Source: the human T2T-CHM13v2.0 reference genome, Homo sapiens
DNA: 64,000 nt
Assembly: GCF_009914755.1 (NCBI RefSeq)
Contig: NC_060934.1
Reading direction: 5' to 3' (one strand)
Each line of letters starts with the position of its first letter. Positions within the stretch are counted from its first letter, which is position 1. The notes beneath the pieces are model-generated. The model was not told the DNA's origin and ran no database searches. It worked only from the letters and a program-made list of their open reading frames with translations. Made by a program: the position numbers and the translations under genes. Shown here piece by piece: positions 1 through 64,000 of the stretch.

Positions 1-177
1 TTTTTGTCCATATATACACAAGGTTAAATTTCTCACAAAGTTGAACTGACTATAAAAAAACTGTCATTATTTGTGAAGTAAAATAAATTACTTATTTGCT
101 ATTTTACTATTAACTATGTCCACAAAGCAGGTAACTGTGTAATGACTATGTTACTATGTTTTTATCCAACGAAGTTA

Positions 178-285
<108 letters not shown>

Positions 286-511
286 TCACCTGAGGTCAGG
301 AGTTCGAGACCAGCCTGGCCAACATGGCGAAACCCCATCTCTACTAAAAATACAAAAATTAGCTGGGTGTGGTGGTGCGCGCCTGTAGTCCCAGCTACTT
401 ACTCAGAGGCTGAGGCAGAAGAATCATTTGAACCCAGGAGGCAGAGGTTGCAGTGAGCCAAGATTGCACCACTTCACTCCAGACTGGGCGACAAAGCAAG
501 ACTCTGTTTTA

Positions 512-682
<171 letters not shown>

Positions 683-889
683 TTAGCCAGGCATGGTGGT
701 GCACATCTATAGTCCCAGCTACTTGGGAAGCCGAGGTGGGAGGATCACTTGAGCCTGGAGTTCGAGGATGCTGTGAGCTATGCTCATGCCACTGCACTCC
801 AGCCTGGGTGACAAAGCAAGACCCTGTCTCTATAAAAAACAAACAAACCAAAAGATAGTAGTAGTACAGTATATATGTATTTTTTTTAA

Positions 890-1168
<279 letters not shown>

Positions 1169-1309
1169 TGAGCCACTGTGTCCAGCCAGTACAGTATACA
1201 TTAAGTGCTTAAAATAGGCTCGGCACTAGCAATTATTATTGTATTACAGTCAGAAAACATAGTGCAGGTCAATGTTACTCTCCTATGCTGGCATCTCTGC
1301 CTCTTCCCA

Positions 1310-2280
1310 GCCTCCAAATCTTGGAGTACCTCTGGGTCATTCCTTGAACCTCTTCTCTTCCTATGAAGGAATGTGATCACCTCTTCACTCCCTTGGTGAT
1401 GGCATCCAGTTCATGTAGTTAAAATTCCATTTAGGTCCTGACTACTTTCTCATTTATATTTCCACACTGACCTCTCCCATGAGCCCTAGGCTGGTATATC
1501 CAACTGCCTCTTCAGCATCTCCATCTGGATATCTAATAGGCATCTGACAGATTGAAAACAGAACTCTTGATCCCCCCCTCCAAAAATCCACTCCTTACCA
1601 GTATTTTCCACCATTCACAGTTGTTCAGGCCAAAAATCTTAGCATCATCCTTTGCCTTGCTCTTTCCTCATTCATATCCAATTTTTCAGCAACTCCCACC
1701 TGTTCTACCTTTGAAATATATCCAGAGTCCAACTGCCTATCACCACTTCCTCCACTAGTCAAGCCACCATCACTTCTTACTGAAATAATGTGAGCCCCCT
1801 ATCTGGACTCCCTGCTTCCATTCTTGCCTTTCCCACAGTCTATTTGCCACATGGCATCATCTGGAATGATTTTTTTTTTGAGACAGGGTCTCACTCTGTT
1901 GTCCAAGCTGGAGTGCATGCAGTTGCATCATCTTGGCTCACTGCAACCTCTGCTTCCCAGGCTCAAGTGATTCTCCAGGCTCAGCCTCCTGAGTAGCTGG
2001 GAATACAGGCATCAGCCACCACACCAGACTAATCTTCGTATTTTTGTAGAGATGGGGTTTTGCCATTTTGCCCAGGCTGGTCTCGAACCCCTGAGCTCAA
2101 AGCAATCCACCTGCCTCAGCCTACCAAAGTGCTGAGATTACAGGTGTGAGTCACCGCAGCCAGCCCAGAATAATGTTTTTAATGTAAAAAAAATTGAGTG
2201 TGTTTGTTCAAAACCCTCAAATGGCTTCTAGTTTCACTCAAAATAATATCCAAAATTCCTATGCCCTTACCTGATGGTAA
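1310..2280 (+). mobile_element. L2 fragment interrupted by an Alu
   Basis: L2-typical text (catctccatctggatatctaataggcatct, aaaacagaactcttgat, ttgaaatatatccagagtcc). Confidence 0.7.
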
Positions 2281-2665
2281 GATCCTGTGACAGTCTTAAT
2301 GGAGAGGATACTGCCATATCCTAGGAGATGTTTTGGAAATTTGTGGAGGACTATAGGATTCAGGAGACAGTATTCGACATCCTGTAATATACAGGAAAGT
2401 CCTATAAAAGTAAGAATTCTCTCTTGTCCTATATAACTTTTACATCTCTGGCAGGATATCCATGTAGGTGAAGAAACCATTTACTATTAGGTGAGTATTT
2501 AATATGCAATACAATTTCCAGGAATGCACCATTCTGTAAATTAAGGGGAAATGGTACATTATTTTTTGGAATATTACCAAAAGTTGCTCACTACTTTGGA
2601 AAATAATATTATTTTTGGCAACACCACTCTTATTATTTGCATCACCAGTATAACATACCTGAATA

Positions 2666-3564
2666 CAGTTGACCCGTGAACAACATGGGGGTTAAGGGAC
2701 AGTTGAAAATCCACATATAAGGCTGGGCATGGTGGCTAATACCTGTAATCCCAGCACTCTGGGAGGCCAAGGTGGGCTGATCATTTGAGATTAGTAGTTT
2801 GAGACTAGCCTGGCAACATGGTGAAGCCCCATCTCTACTAAAAATACAAAAATTAGCCAGGCATGGCGCATGCCTGTAATCCCAGCTACTTGGAAGGCTA
2901 AGACAGGAGAATTGCTTGAACCAGAAAGTGGAGGTTGTAATCAGCCGAGATCATGCCATTGCACTCCAGCCTGGGTGACAAGAGCAAGACTCCAACTCAA
3001 TAAATAAAAAACAAAAAAAAAGAAAAGAAAAGAAAAAGAGAATCCACATAAAACTTTTGACTGCCCTGAAACTTAACTACTAATAGCCTACTGTTGACTA
3101 GAAGCCTTACCAATAATACAAACAGTTGATTAACACACATTTTGTATGGTATATATACATTACATACTGCATTCTTATAATAAAGTAAGCCAGAGAAAAG
3201 GAAATATCATTTAGAAAATGATGCCAGGGGTAGTGGTTCATGTTTGTAATCCCAGCAGTTTGGGAAGCTGAGGCGGGAGGATCACTTGACAACAAGAGTC
3301 CTAGACCAGCCTGGACAACATAGCAAAACCCTGTCTCTATTAAAAAAAAAATTTAAAACCAAGATCATCATAAGGAAAAGAAAATATATTTACCATGTAT
3401 TAAATGGAAGTGGATCATCACAAAGGTCCTTGTCATCTTTACATTGAGTACGCGGAGGAAGAGAAGGGGTTGGTCTTGCTATCTCAGAAGAGGCAGAGGC
3501 AGAAAAAAATCCACATAAAAGTGGGCCCACACAGTTCAAACCCATGTTGTTTAACGGCCAACCG
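2666..3564. mobile_element. Tigger2a/MER28-like DNA transposon, split by two Alus
   Basis: Terminal inverted repeats ta|cagttgacccgtgaacaacatggg ... cccatgttgtttaacggccaaccg|ta with TA target duplication. Confidence 0.8.
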
Positions 3565-3677
3565 TATTTATAGCTGCCCCACCTATAGACATGCTGACTC
3601 CACATATAAACATCTGTTTCACCACATCCTTTACTGTAACTGAGTCTCTGTAGTTATGTGTTAAAACACTCATAATT

Positions 3678-4140
3678 GTATTCCACCAGCTCTAAATCCA
3701 CCCTTGTAAATTCTGCTTTGTGGTCCGGGTCTGGGAGCCTGCAAACTGTTCCTTTTTTGCCAGGTAGTTCTCTGTTTGGTTCTGCCCATAGCGGGTGCTA
3801 GAGTAGAAGGCAGAAGCCGGGACTGCCTCTCCTGCTCTATGCTGTTCCCATCAGTGTTACCTCAGCAACAGCACTTTCCTCTGTGCAGTGTTGGCTCTAG
3901 TCTCTCACTTTTTTTGGCACTTCCAAAATTAGCTTTAAGGTGCCCCCTCTGAGGTACCAGTACCAGCAGGGCAGGACCTCTTCCTCAGGGATCTAAGTCC
4001 CGGCTCTGTGGGACCCTCCGCCGAGCCTCTAGTTTCTAAAAAACACAAACTTCTCTTCTTCCCTTTGTTCCCCTGGAAGTTTATGATTTCTGGACCTTGA
4101 TGTCTGCCTGTCACTTTTTTTAAGCAAAAATCCCATGGAA

Positions 4141-4171
<31 letters not shown>

Positions 4172-4532
4172 GAGATGGGGTCTCACTCTGTCACCCAGGC
4201 TGCAGTGCAGTGGCACTGCAACTTCTGCCTCCTGGGCTCAGGTGATCCTCTGCCTCAACCTCCTGAGTTGCTGGGACCACAGGTGCAAGCCACCATATCC
4301 AGCTAATTTCTTTGTGTGTGTGTGAGTGTGTAAAATAAAAATACATTTTGCCATGTTGGCCAGGCTGGTCTCAAACTCCTGACCTCAAGTGATCCACCTG
4401 CCTCGGCCTCCTAAAGTGCTGGAATTACAGGCATGAGCCACCGCGCTCAGCCCATAACACATTTCTTATATTAAATTCTCTCTGCTGAAATGACTAGTGT
4501 GGTTTCTGTTTCCTGAGTACACCCTAACCAAT
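3678..4532 (+). mobile_element. ERVL LTR (LTR33-like), interrupted by an Alu
   Basis: 3' end ttaaattctctctgctgaaatgactagtgtggtttctgtttcctga typical of LTR33/16; followed by a degenerate Leu-type PBS tggtacctggtg at 4534. Confidence 0.6.
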
Positions 4533-9480
<4,948 letters not shown>

Positions 9481-9499
9481 AATGCTCAAAGAAGGATGG

Positions 9500-11410
<1,911 letters not shown>

Positions 11411-11668
11411 TAAAACATTACTAGAGCAGTTGCCAGATCATGGAGGTTAGCAAGATTGCAATTTCCCAAGACCACTCCAAGCCATGCCTTGGTGATGGCC
11501 CAGACTCCAAAGGATATGGGAATCACAGAGTATAAATAAAGAGTAATAAATCAAGTGTTGGAGTTTGCCTTCCAATATGTGTCTGCAATTCTAGACTATG
11601 CAAAAATTTATTCAAGCCATCCTAAGAAACCTCCTCTCGAGGGAGATAATGTGAGACTAGTGACCCAG

Positions 11669-12972
<1,304 letters not shown>

Positions 12973-13264
12973 TTACAAGATGGAAAAATCAAACCCCTTT
13001 ATTTATTGATTAAGCCATATGCAGAACCTAGATTGTTACCTGACAGATACTGCTTAATAGCTCCAAACTACAGACTGAAGTCCTCACTTTAAAAGGGATC
13101 ATTCTGAAGATCAGTTTCACAGCTAAGGGTCAGTGCTGCTAGTAGCACACCTACTACTCCTGTTATCTGTACCATAGCTCCTTAAACAGTGACAGCATCA
13201 ATTCGAAAGTTCACAGTATAGATTTCACTTTCACAGTCCACACCTGTGAAGTCACTTCCTGCAA

Positions 13265-13326
13265 CAATGGCAGTTCAAAACTGTTCTCATTAAGCCAATG
13301 GCAGTTCAAAACTGTTCTCATTAAGC
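13265..13326. repeat. Perfect 31-bp tandem duplication
   Basis: caatggcagttcaaaactgttctcattaagc x2. Confidence 0.95.
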
Positions 13327-13666
13327 CACCTAATATTGGGACCCAAAAATTCTTATCACCATCAACATAGTTTCAGGATAAAATGCAATGGATGACTCAA
13401 ATCCATTTGAAAAGAAAATTCAATAAAATACAATGATAAGTACTCTACCACATGTAAAAACTATGGTCTCACCTTGATGCATTTCAGGGTAATAAAATGA
13501 AGGACGCTAGATCTCCTCAAGCTGTATCTTAGAAAACTTAAACGTAACTGCCAAAACCTATGACACTGGTTTTATAGGGTATGAGTGGAAAAAAAAAAAC
13601 AGAAGGAATAACGGAAGGAAAAAATCACACTTCCCTAAATACAATTTTACCATTTTGTATAGGTCT

Positions 13667-17830
<4,164 letters not shown>

Positions 17831-17834
17831 CATC

Positions 17835-18200
17835 TCCCAGCTTTCTTTTTTAACCATGATGTATGATTACATAAGTTCTGACCAATGAAATGTAAGCAGA
17901 AGTGTAGAACTTTCAGAATGGATTTGTTCAAAGGAAGAAGGTAATTCCTCCTTTGTCTCCTTCCTCCTACTACTGCCCTAAAAGTGGTAACTAGAGCTCT
18001 AGCACCTACATGGGACCATGAAGTGATCCTGAGTGTGACAGCACTGGACGGTGGTGCAGAAAGCTAAGAGTGTGGCTCTGTGATGATCTCATGGATTTGT
18101 CACACTATAGTCATGACTACTTACAAGGCAAACTTCTTTTATTTGAAAAAGAAACTTCCTTAAGCCACTGTTATTTGGGATTTTTCTGATATGCAGCACT
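17835..18200 (+). mobile_element. Old MaLR LTR (MLT1J/K-like)
   Basis: aagttctgaccaatgaaatgtaagcagaagtg ... taagccactgttatttggga...gcagc. Confidence 0.55.
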
Positions 18201-18688
18201 GCTCATTTCCAGGAGATGCTTCCTTTATTGTAATTTCCTAGCCTGTGGTGGGGGCAGGGGGCAGTGCTGGTGTATCTTCCTTAGCCTATATCCAATTTGT
18301 GGCACTCAGCCTTTCCCTCTAAGTTTCTCCCACTCCAACTCCCATACATAGTGGGTTTTCTCAAAATTGGAGCCTAAGACAAAGACTCAACTGTAGGAAG
18401 TTCACTGCAGATCACAGAGTGAGGAAGTAAGGAGAATGAGAGCAAAGGAGAAAAAGCGTACGAGGTCACCATTGTGGTCAGTGGGTACTGATCCCACAGG
18501 ACCTCCTGAAGAGTATTCCGGACACTTTCTAGATTTGCTTCCCACAATTGCCCACCAGGAAGAGAGGGCACTGCAGTGTTTATCCATCAGATTCCATCCC
18601 CTATTGGCTAAGAATTGCCCCTACAGGATGTGCATGGTAGCTCACACCTGTAATCCCAGCATTTTCGGAGGCTGAGGCAGGTGGATCA

Positions 18689-18898
<210 letters not shown>

Positions 18899-19539
18899 CT
18901 ATCTCAAAAAAAAAAAAAAAAGAAAAAAGAAAAAAGAATTGCCCCTGCAGTGCTAACTCCATTGTGCTTTTGGAAAGAGCAGGCTTGTCTATACAGAGAA
19001 TTTCCAGTGGCAAAAATTCTACAAAGGGATCATGGGATTAAGGTGAGACACTGTCACCATGAGGTGGGTCTGAACATGCACAGAACACACCAAGAAAATA
19101 TGACACTGAACACCAGGGTTGTCATGGTTTTTATGAAAGGTTCTGAGATCCACCAGCTTCCCTTTTGTTTCTGTGGCAACTGCAGAACTGAGCTAATTTA
19201 TCATCATACCTTGAACCAGCCTCTCAATTTTTGAAACTCACTTCTCCCTGAACTTCTTTACTATATGTTTTCCTATCTCTGACTGCTGTTTCTAAATGAG
19301 CTCTTCTTTCATTTCCTACTCTTTAAATGCAGGGAGTCCTCAAGTTTGCATCCATTCTGTCTTTTTCCTTCAACCACACCATCTCACTAAACTTACCTCA
19401 TTTTTTTCTTATATCTCCATTACCATGTTTAAGAAATGATCCTCCAGCCGGGCGCGGTGGCTCACGCCTGTAATCCCAGCACTTTGGGAGGCTGAGGCAG
19501 GCGGATCATGAGGTCAGGAGGTCGAAACCATCCTGGCTA

Positions 19540-19798
<259 letters not shown>

Positions 19799-20299
19799 TT
19801 ACTTCCTAATTCAAACTCATCACCCAATACTCTATGTCTCCACATAGATGTAATTGTATAGATAATCAAATTCTAACATATTAAAAAATCCATCTCATCA
19901 CCTTTCTACATCTCCATGGTCCCTATTCCAATTAATGGCATCTTCAACTAACTTCTTCCAAGCTAGAAACTCCAGCAACATCTTTCACTTCACCAAATCA
20001 CTCCTTTTATCACTTGGAAAATTTGGTTGATCACATCTCATCTATCAAGACTACCATCTCCTTCCTATTTCTACAGGGATGAACCCTTATAATCCTTGTC
20101 TAAACTTACACAAAAGCATCAGAAATGGTTTCCTGCTCCTAGTTTCTCCCCTTGACAAACAAACTTTGTGTTACACCAGCATAGGGTTTAGTTAAGAGGT
20201 TTTACAAGGTGTGTTATGAAAGCTTCTGTCCTTCCTCCCAAACTCTCAATCTCCTGTTCCACAGAGGCAACCTCTTTCAAGACTTTTGAAAATATTTTG

Positions 20300-20545
20300 G
20301 GAAAAAATTGTATCTGTACTGAACATGTACAGGTTTTTTCTTGTCATTATTCCCTAAACAATAAAGTATATCAATTATTTACATAGCATTTGTTGTATTA
20401 GGTATTATAGAAACCTAGAGACAATTTAAAGTATATTGGAGATTGATGCCTAGGTTATATGCAAATACCACACCATTTTACATTAGGGACTTGAGCATCC
20501 TCAGGCTTTGGTACCCTTGGGAGGTCCTGGAACAAAGCCTCCATG
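20300..20545 (+). mobile_element. MER2 (Tigger family) fragment
   Basis: tgtatctgtactgaacatgtacag...ttgtattaggtattat...gggacttgagcatcc...gataccaagggatgact. Confidence 0.8.
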
Positions 20546-20844
20546 GAGGATACCAAGGGATGACTTTTGATTCCTGGCTTTCTTCATTGTTGGCTTAGGA
20601 TTCAGCTTTCTTAGGTCGGCCACATCAGAGTTAACCCATCTTATGGCTACTTTCTAATTCTGAAAATGCTATTGCTGTTCTCTCCTAACTTATCCTTTTG
20701 GGCATATGCTTTGGAAAATCTCTTTACTGTCATTTTAGCGGGATTTGAGGAGGGAATGTTGCTAACAATTGATGTGTTCAACTCACAAATTCCAGAAGTC
20801 TGCCAAAATTTGGAAGCAGGTATCATCTAACCCTATTTCTCTTT

Positions 20845-21230
20845 CTTTTTTAAACTTTTATTTTAGGTTCAGGGAGACATGTGCAGGTTTGTTATATAGG
20901 TAAAACTCATGTCATCGGTGTTTATTGTACAGAGTAAACAGACAACCTACAGAATGGGAGAAAATATTTGCAAACTATGCATCTAACAAAGGTCTAATAT
21001 CCCAGGATCTATAAGGAATTTAAACACATTTATAAGAAAAAAACACAAACAACCCCATTAAAAAGTGCACAAAGGACATGAACAGACATTTTTTAAAAGA
21101 AAACATATATGTGGCCAACAAGCATATGAAAAAAAGCTCAATATCACTGATTAGAGAAATGCAAATAAAAACCACAATGAGATATCATCTCACACCAGTC
21201 AGAATGACTATTATTAAAAAGTTAAAAAAA
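20845..21230. mobile_element. Short L1P insertion with internal inversion
   Basis: Antisense L1 3' end 20845-20931 joined to a sense ORF2 C-terminal piece (ORF 21078 [10 protein letters not shown]...[10 protein letters not shown]). Confidence 0.8.
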
Positions 21231-22199
21231 GATTTATTTTTATCTCTTTTCTCAACACCATCCCAACTGGGTTCCAATTTTCTAGATTTTTCTGTGTCTT
21301 CACTAATTAAACTTCATTTTAGAAAAGGATTTAACAAATTCATTCCCCCTGAAGTCTAATGAATGACAGAGTTTGATGTGTTACATCTCCCAAGAGTATT
21401 TTCATTTTAACAAGGACTAAGTTTCTTATTTGGCTTAAGCCAAAGGGATAAAGGCATTAAGTTCTAACTGAGAAATTTCAGGTACCCACACCTAAGTGGT
21501 TTGGAGGCTAGGGGAAGGTTTTCTTGTGTTTTCTCAAATCACAGGCTTTGGGGCAGGTCCGACTGTGCCCATGTATTGAGCTAATTGATGATGTCAGAGT
21601 CACAGCAGGCATTCTAGGATGACAATCAGAAATAGGAATATCTGCTCAGTTACAATTCTAGTCCAACTTGTGTGTCTTGAAACCTAGACAGCAGGTAGAT
21701 GAATCACCATCCTAAATATTGATATTAATCTAGAGCAAAACATATATTTTATTGTGTTTATAATAAGTACACAAAGATAGACATCATCAAATACACACAA
21801 CTCTAACTAAGACCTCCTCATACAATTAGTGGTTGTAAGGCATTTTGGAACTACAAAATGCCATATAAATGCATGATAATTAGATCATGAAACTAATTAT
21901 GGTTAATAATATGACTAACCATCTTAAACTGTGTATGAATATAATAACAATAAGCATACATACATGCTCTCAGTTGAAGCAGACACGGCCAGAATTTGGT
22001 AAGGGGCACAAAACAACAGAGGATGCCTCCAGCATTCTGGGGGTAGTACGTAGAAAATTAAGGTCGTATTTATCTGCCAAGGAGCACCGCAGGGATATAA
22101 ACCACAAAAACAGGAGGGAAAAGAAGCCCAGTTAAGATCTCCTCCTTAATTCCTGATTTCTGGCCCTATTATTTTGCTAAATACCACTACCACAACTCA

Positions 22200-22420
22200 G
22201 AACAAGTATAAGTGTCTGTGCATCTCTTACTAGGGACTGGGCACTGTTAAAGTGTTTTACATATATTAATTAATTCCCACAACAACCTCAAGAGGTAGGT
22301 ACTGTTCTCCCCTTTTGACATATAAGCAAATTAAAACACAAAGAAGTTAAATAACTTTCCACTGTGGGTGGCAGAGCTGGGACTTAGGCTACCCAGCCCC
22401 AGAGCCTGGCCAGTTACCAC
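22200..22420 (-). mobile_element. MIR
   Basis: cccacaacaacctcaagaggtaggtactgtt...aagttaaataacttt...gcagagctggga. Confidence 0.65.
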
Positions 22421-22467
22421 CACTCCATATGACAGCCACCTTTTCTCTGTTCCATGAATCAATTACA

Positions 22468-22557
22468 GATATATATACGTGTGTGTGTGTATACATGTAT
22501 ATATACGTATGTGTATATATACGTTTGTGTATGTATAAACGTATGTGTGTGTATACA

Positions 22558-22602
<45 letters not shown>
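22468..22602. repeat. Compound (TA)n/(TG)n microsatellite ending in a pure (GT)n run
   Basis: Directly visible; abuts an antisense Alu tail. Confidence 0.95.
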
Positions 22603-22604
<2 letters not shown>

Positions 22605-22781
22605 TTTTTTTTTTTTTTTTTGAGATGGAGTTTTGCTCTTGTTGTCCAGGCTGGAGCGCAATGGCGCAACCTTGGCTCACTGCAACTTCCGCCTCCCGAG
22701 TTCAAGGATTCTCCTGCCTCAGCCTCCCAAGTAGCTGGGATTACAAGCATGTAATCCCATTACACCACCACGTTCGGCTAA

Positions 22782-22982
<201 letters not shown>

Positions 22983-23838
22983 TAAGAACTTAATGAACCT
23001 TTTGGTAAAACGCCAATACCAGCATAAAACAAATTTCTTCAGGATACAAATATTTTCATAATTTGTATTAACTCAACCTAAACTTTACCAGCCTGAACTG
23101 CTTCTTCAAGGCTTGACTAATACACTGTTAGGGAGTATTTTAAGCAGCCTCCACCCAAGTGCTTACCTTGTAGCTCTATTTATCTGCCTTAGGCATTTAC
23201 TGGACTCCTTTCAGATTCTTTCCCTCGCTAATGTTTTCCGGTATCATCTGATAACTGAATAGAAAATGCTGTTCTGAATCACTACACCTCACTATCAACC
23301 ATATCACAAATAAATTATGTTATATATTATATATAAATATTATAATGGGCTATTTAAACTAAGCCAGCCGTCTTACCATGTGCTCATGTGGGATTTCCTG
23401 TTTCAATGTTGAATAATAATATATTTTAAAGTTAGCAAAGCCATTTCACCTGCAGTCGTTGATTTCTTCAAAATCTGAGCATTTAAATCCATTGCCAATG
23501 TTTGCTTAAAGAACACTGTTTTCTTAACGAGTCTTCCAAATCGGTCCTTACAGGAAGAACCTCTGAATGCTATACGCATATATGGACGGCTGCGTGTCCC
23601 TACAAAGTCAGCCTGTTACTTCCACTGGAGAAACAAAACTCTTGAGAATCGCTGAGCTGTAAAAATGTTAGAAAGCCGGTGTCCCAGGCGCCCTGAGAAA
23701 GCCGGGAGAGGGCGGTGGCTGCCCACAGGCCGCCTCCAGCCCCGCGCGAGGCCGAGGCCTCAGCGCGCCCCCCGCCCCCGCGGCGCCTAGCGGCCCCGCC
23801 GCAGGGCAGGCCTGGCCGGGCCTCCCCGGGCTGCGGCG

Positions 23839-23852
23839 GCGCCCCCTGCAGG
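23839..23852 (-). promoter_or_regulatory. CTCF-like motif CCTGCAGGGGGCGC
   Basis: One mismatch to the CCASYAGRKGGCR core; chance matches are common in GC-rich DNA. Confidence 0.4.
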
Positions 23853-24182
23853 CCGCGGCGGGCAGAGCGGGGGGAAGGAACCCGAGCCGGGCTGCCACCG
23901 TGTCCCAACCGGTGCCGCCGCCGGAGCTTCTCCGGGCCCCGAGTCCTCGCCGAACGCCCTCCTCGCCGCCCGCCGCGTCCCGGCGCCCTCCGGAGCCGCC
24001 GAGCCGCCCGCGCACACCTGAAGCGGCCGGGCCAGGCCCTGCCTCGATCCTCAGCTCGTCCTCCCCGCCCCGCACCGGCCTTCACTCTGGAGCGGCCCCG
24101 GCAGCCGCAGCAGGGGCGGCGGCGGCGGATCGAGGAGCTCTCCAGGTCGTCCCGGGAGAGGCTGCTGCAGTCCCGGGACAGG

Positions 24183-63664
<39,482 letters not shown>

Positions 63665-64000
63665 ATAACATCTTTCATGTAACTGGGGGAACAGAACTAC
63701 TGTGTACATTTCACCAAAAAAGACTCAGTTCCACCCAGCCACAAGAGGATAAAAAGCCTTTTTAAACGCAGTATTGCTGTAAACTGGACAGAACCATTAA
63801 GAACCTATTGAGTGGACATTCTTGGTGAAATGTTGTATAATGTTGTTTTCATTGGCTTTATCATAATGGTTCTATATATACAATTGCACATTGTTGAATC
63901 CAGGATACAATCAAAGGAACTTCAGGAAATAAGCATTTCTAATGACTGTGAAAAGCTGCAATATTTCCAATGTCATGACTTTGATGATATTTCTGTTATA
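63665..64000 (+). other. FHIP2A: Start of the FHIP2A 3' UTR (continues beyond the window)
   Basis: Follows the stop codon; non-repetitive and AT-rich; I saw no AATAAA before the window ends. Confidence 0.85.

Noticed and set aside
13265-13326. 31-bp repeat of CRISPR-like length
   Set aside because: Two abutting copies with no spacer, in a mammalian genome.

Overview
Primate (very probably human) genomic DNA, Alu-dense. It holds the complete 17-exon coding sequence of FHIP2A (FAM160B1, FHF complex subunit HOOK-interacting protein 2A) on the + strand. I reconstructed every exon by hand: all introns are GT-AG, the phases are consistent, and the CDS is 2298 nt = 765 aa + TAA, from ATG 24183 in a CpG-island promoter to stop 63664. 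The first ~23 kb upstream are almost entirely decayed mobile DNA: an ERVL provirus remnant with gag/pro/RT/RNaseH traces, a second ERVL remnant on the - strand, MaLR LTRs, Tigger/MER2, L1, L2, MIR and many of the window's ~47 Alu copies/monomers. No RNA gene or CRISPR array is supported. Best candidates for undescribed biology: (1) a splice-signal cluster in intron 5 with an in-frame 6-nt Val-Val microexon next to a 31-nt stop-containing mini-exon; (2) a GCCACC-GTG-initiated 136-codon ORF overlapping the FHIP2A start in another frame, plus a strong-context in-frame CTG that could add 32 N-terminal residues; (3) an intronic MER41-type LTR in which the STAT-site segment is tandemly duplicated and reads TTC-N4-GAA. 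These are sequence-based hypotheses, not demonstrated functions. Repeat subfamily names come from recalled consensus sequences and repeat boundaries are approximate.
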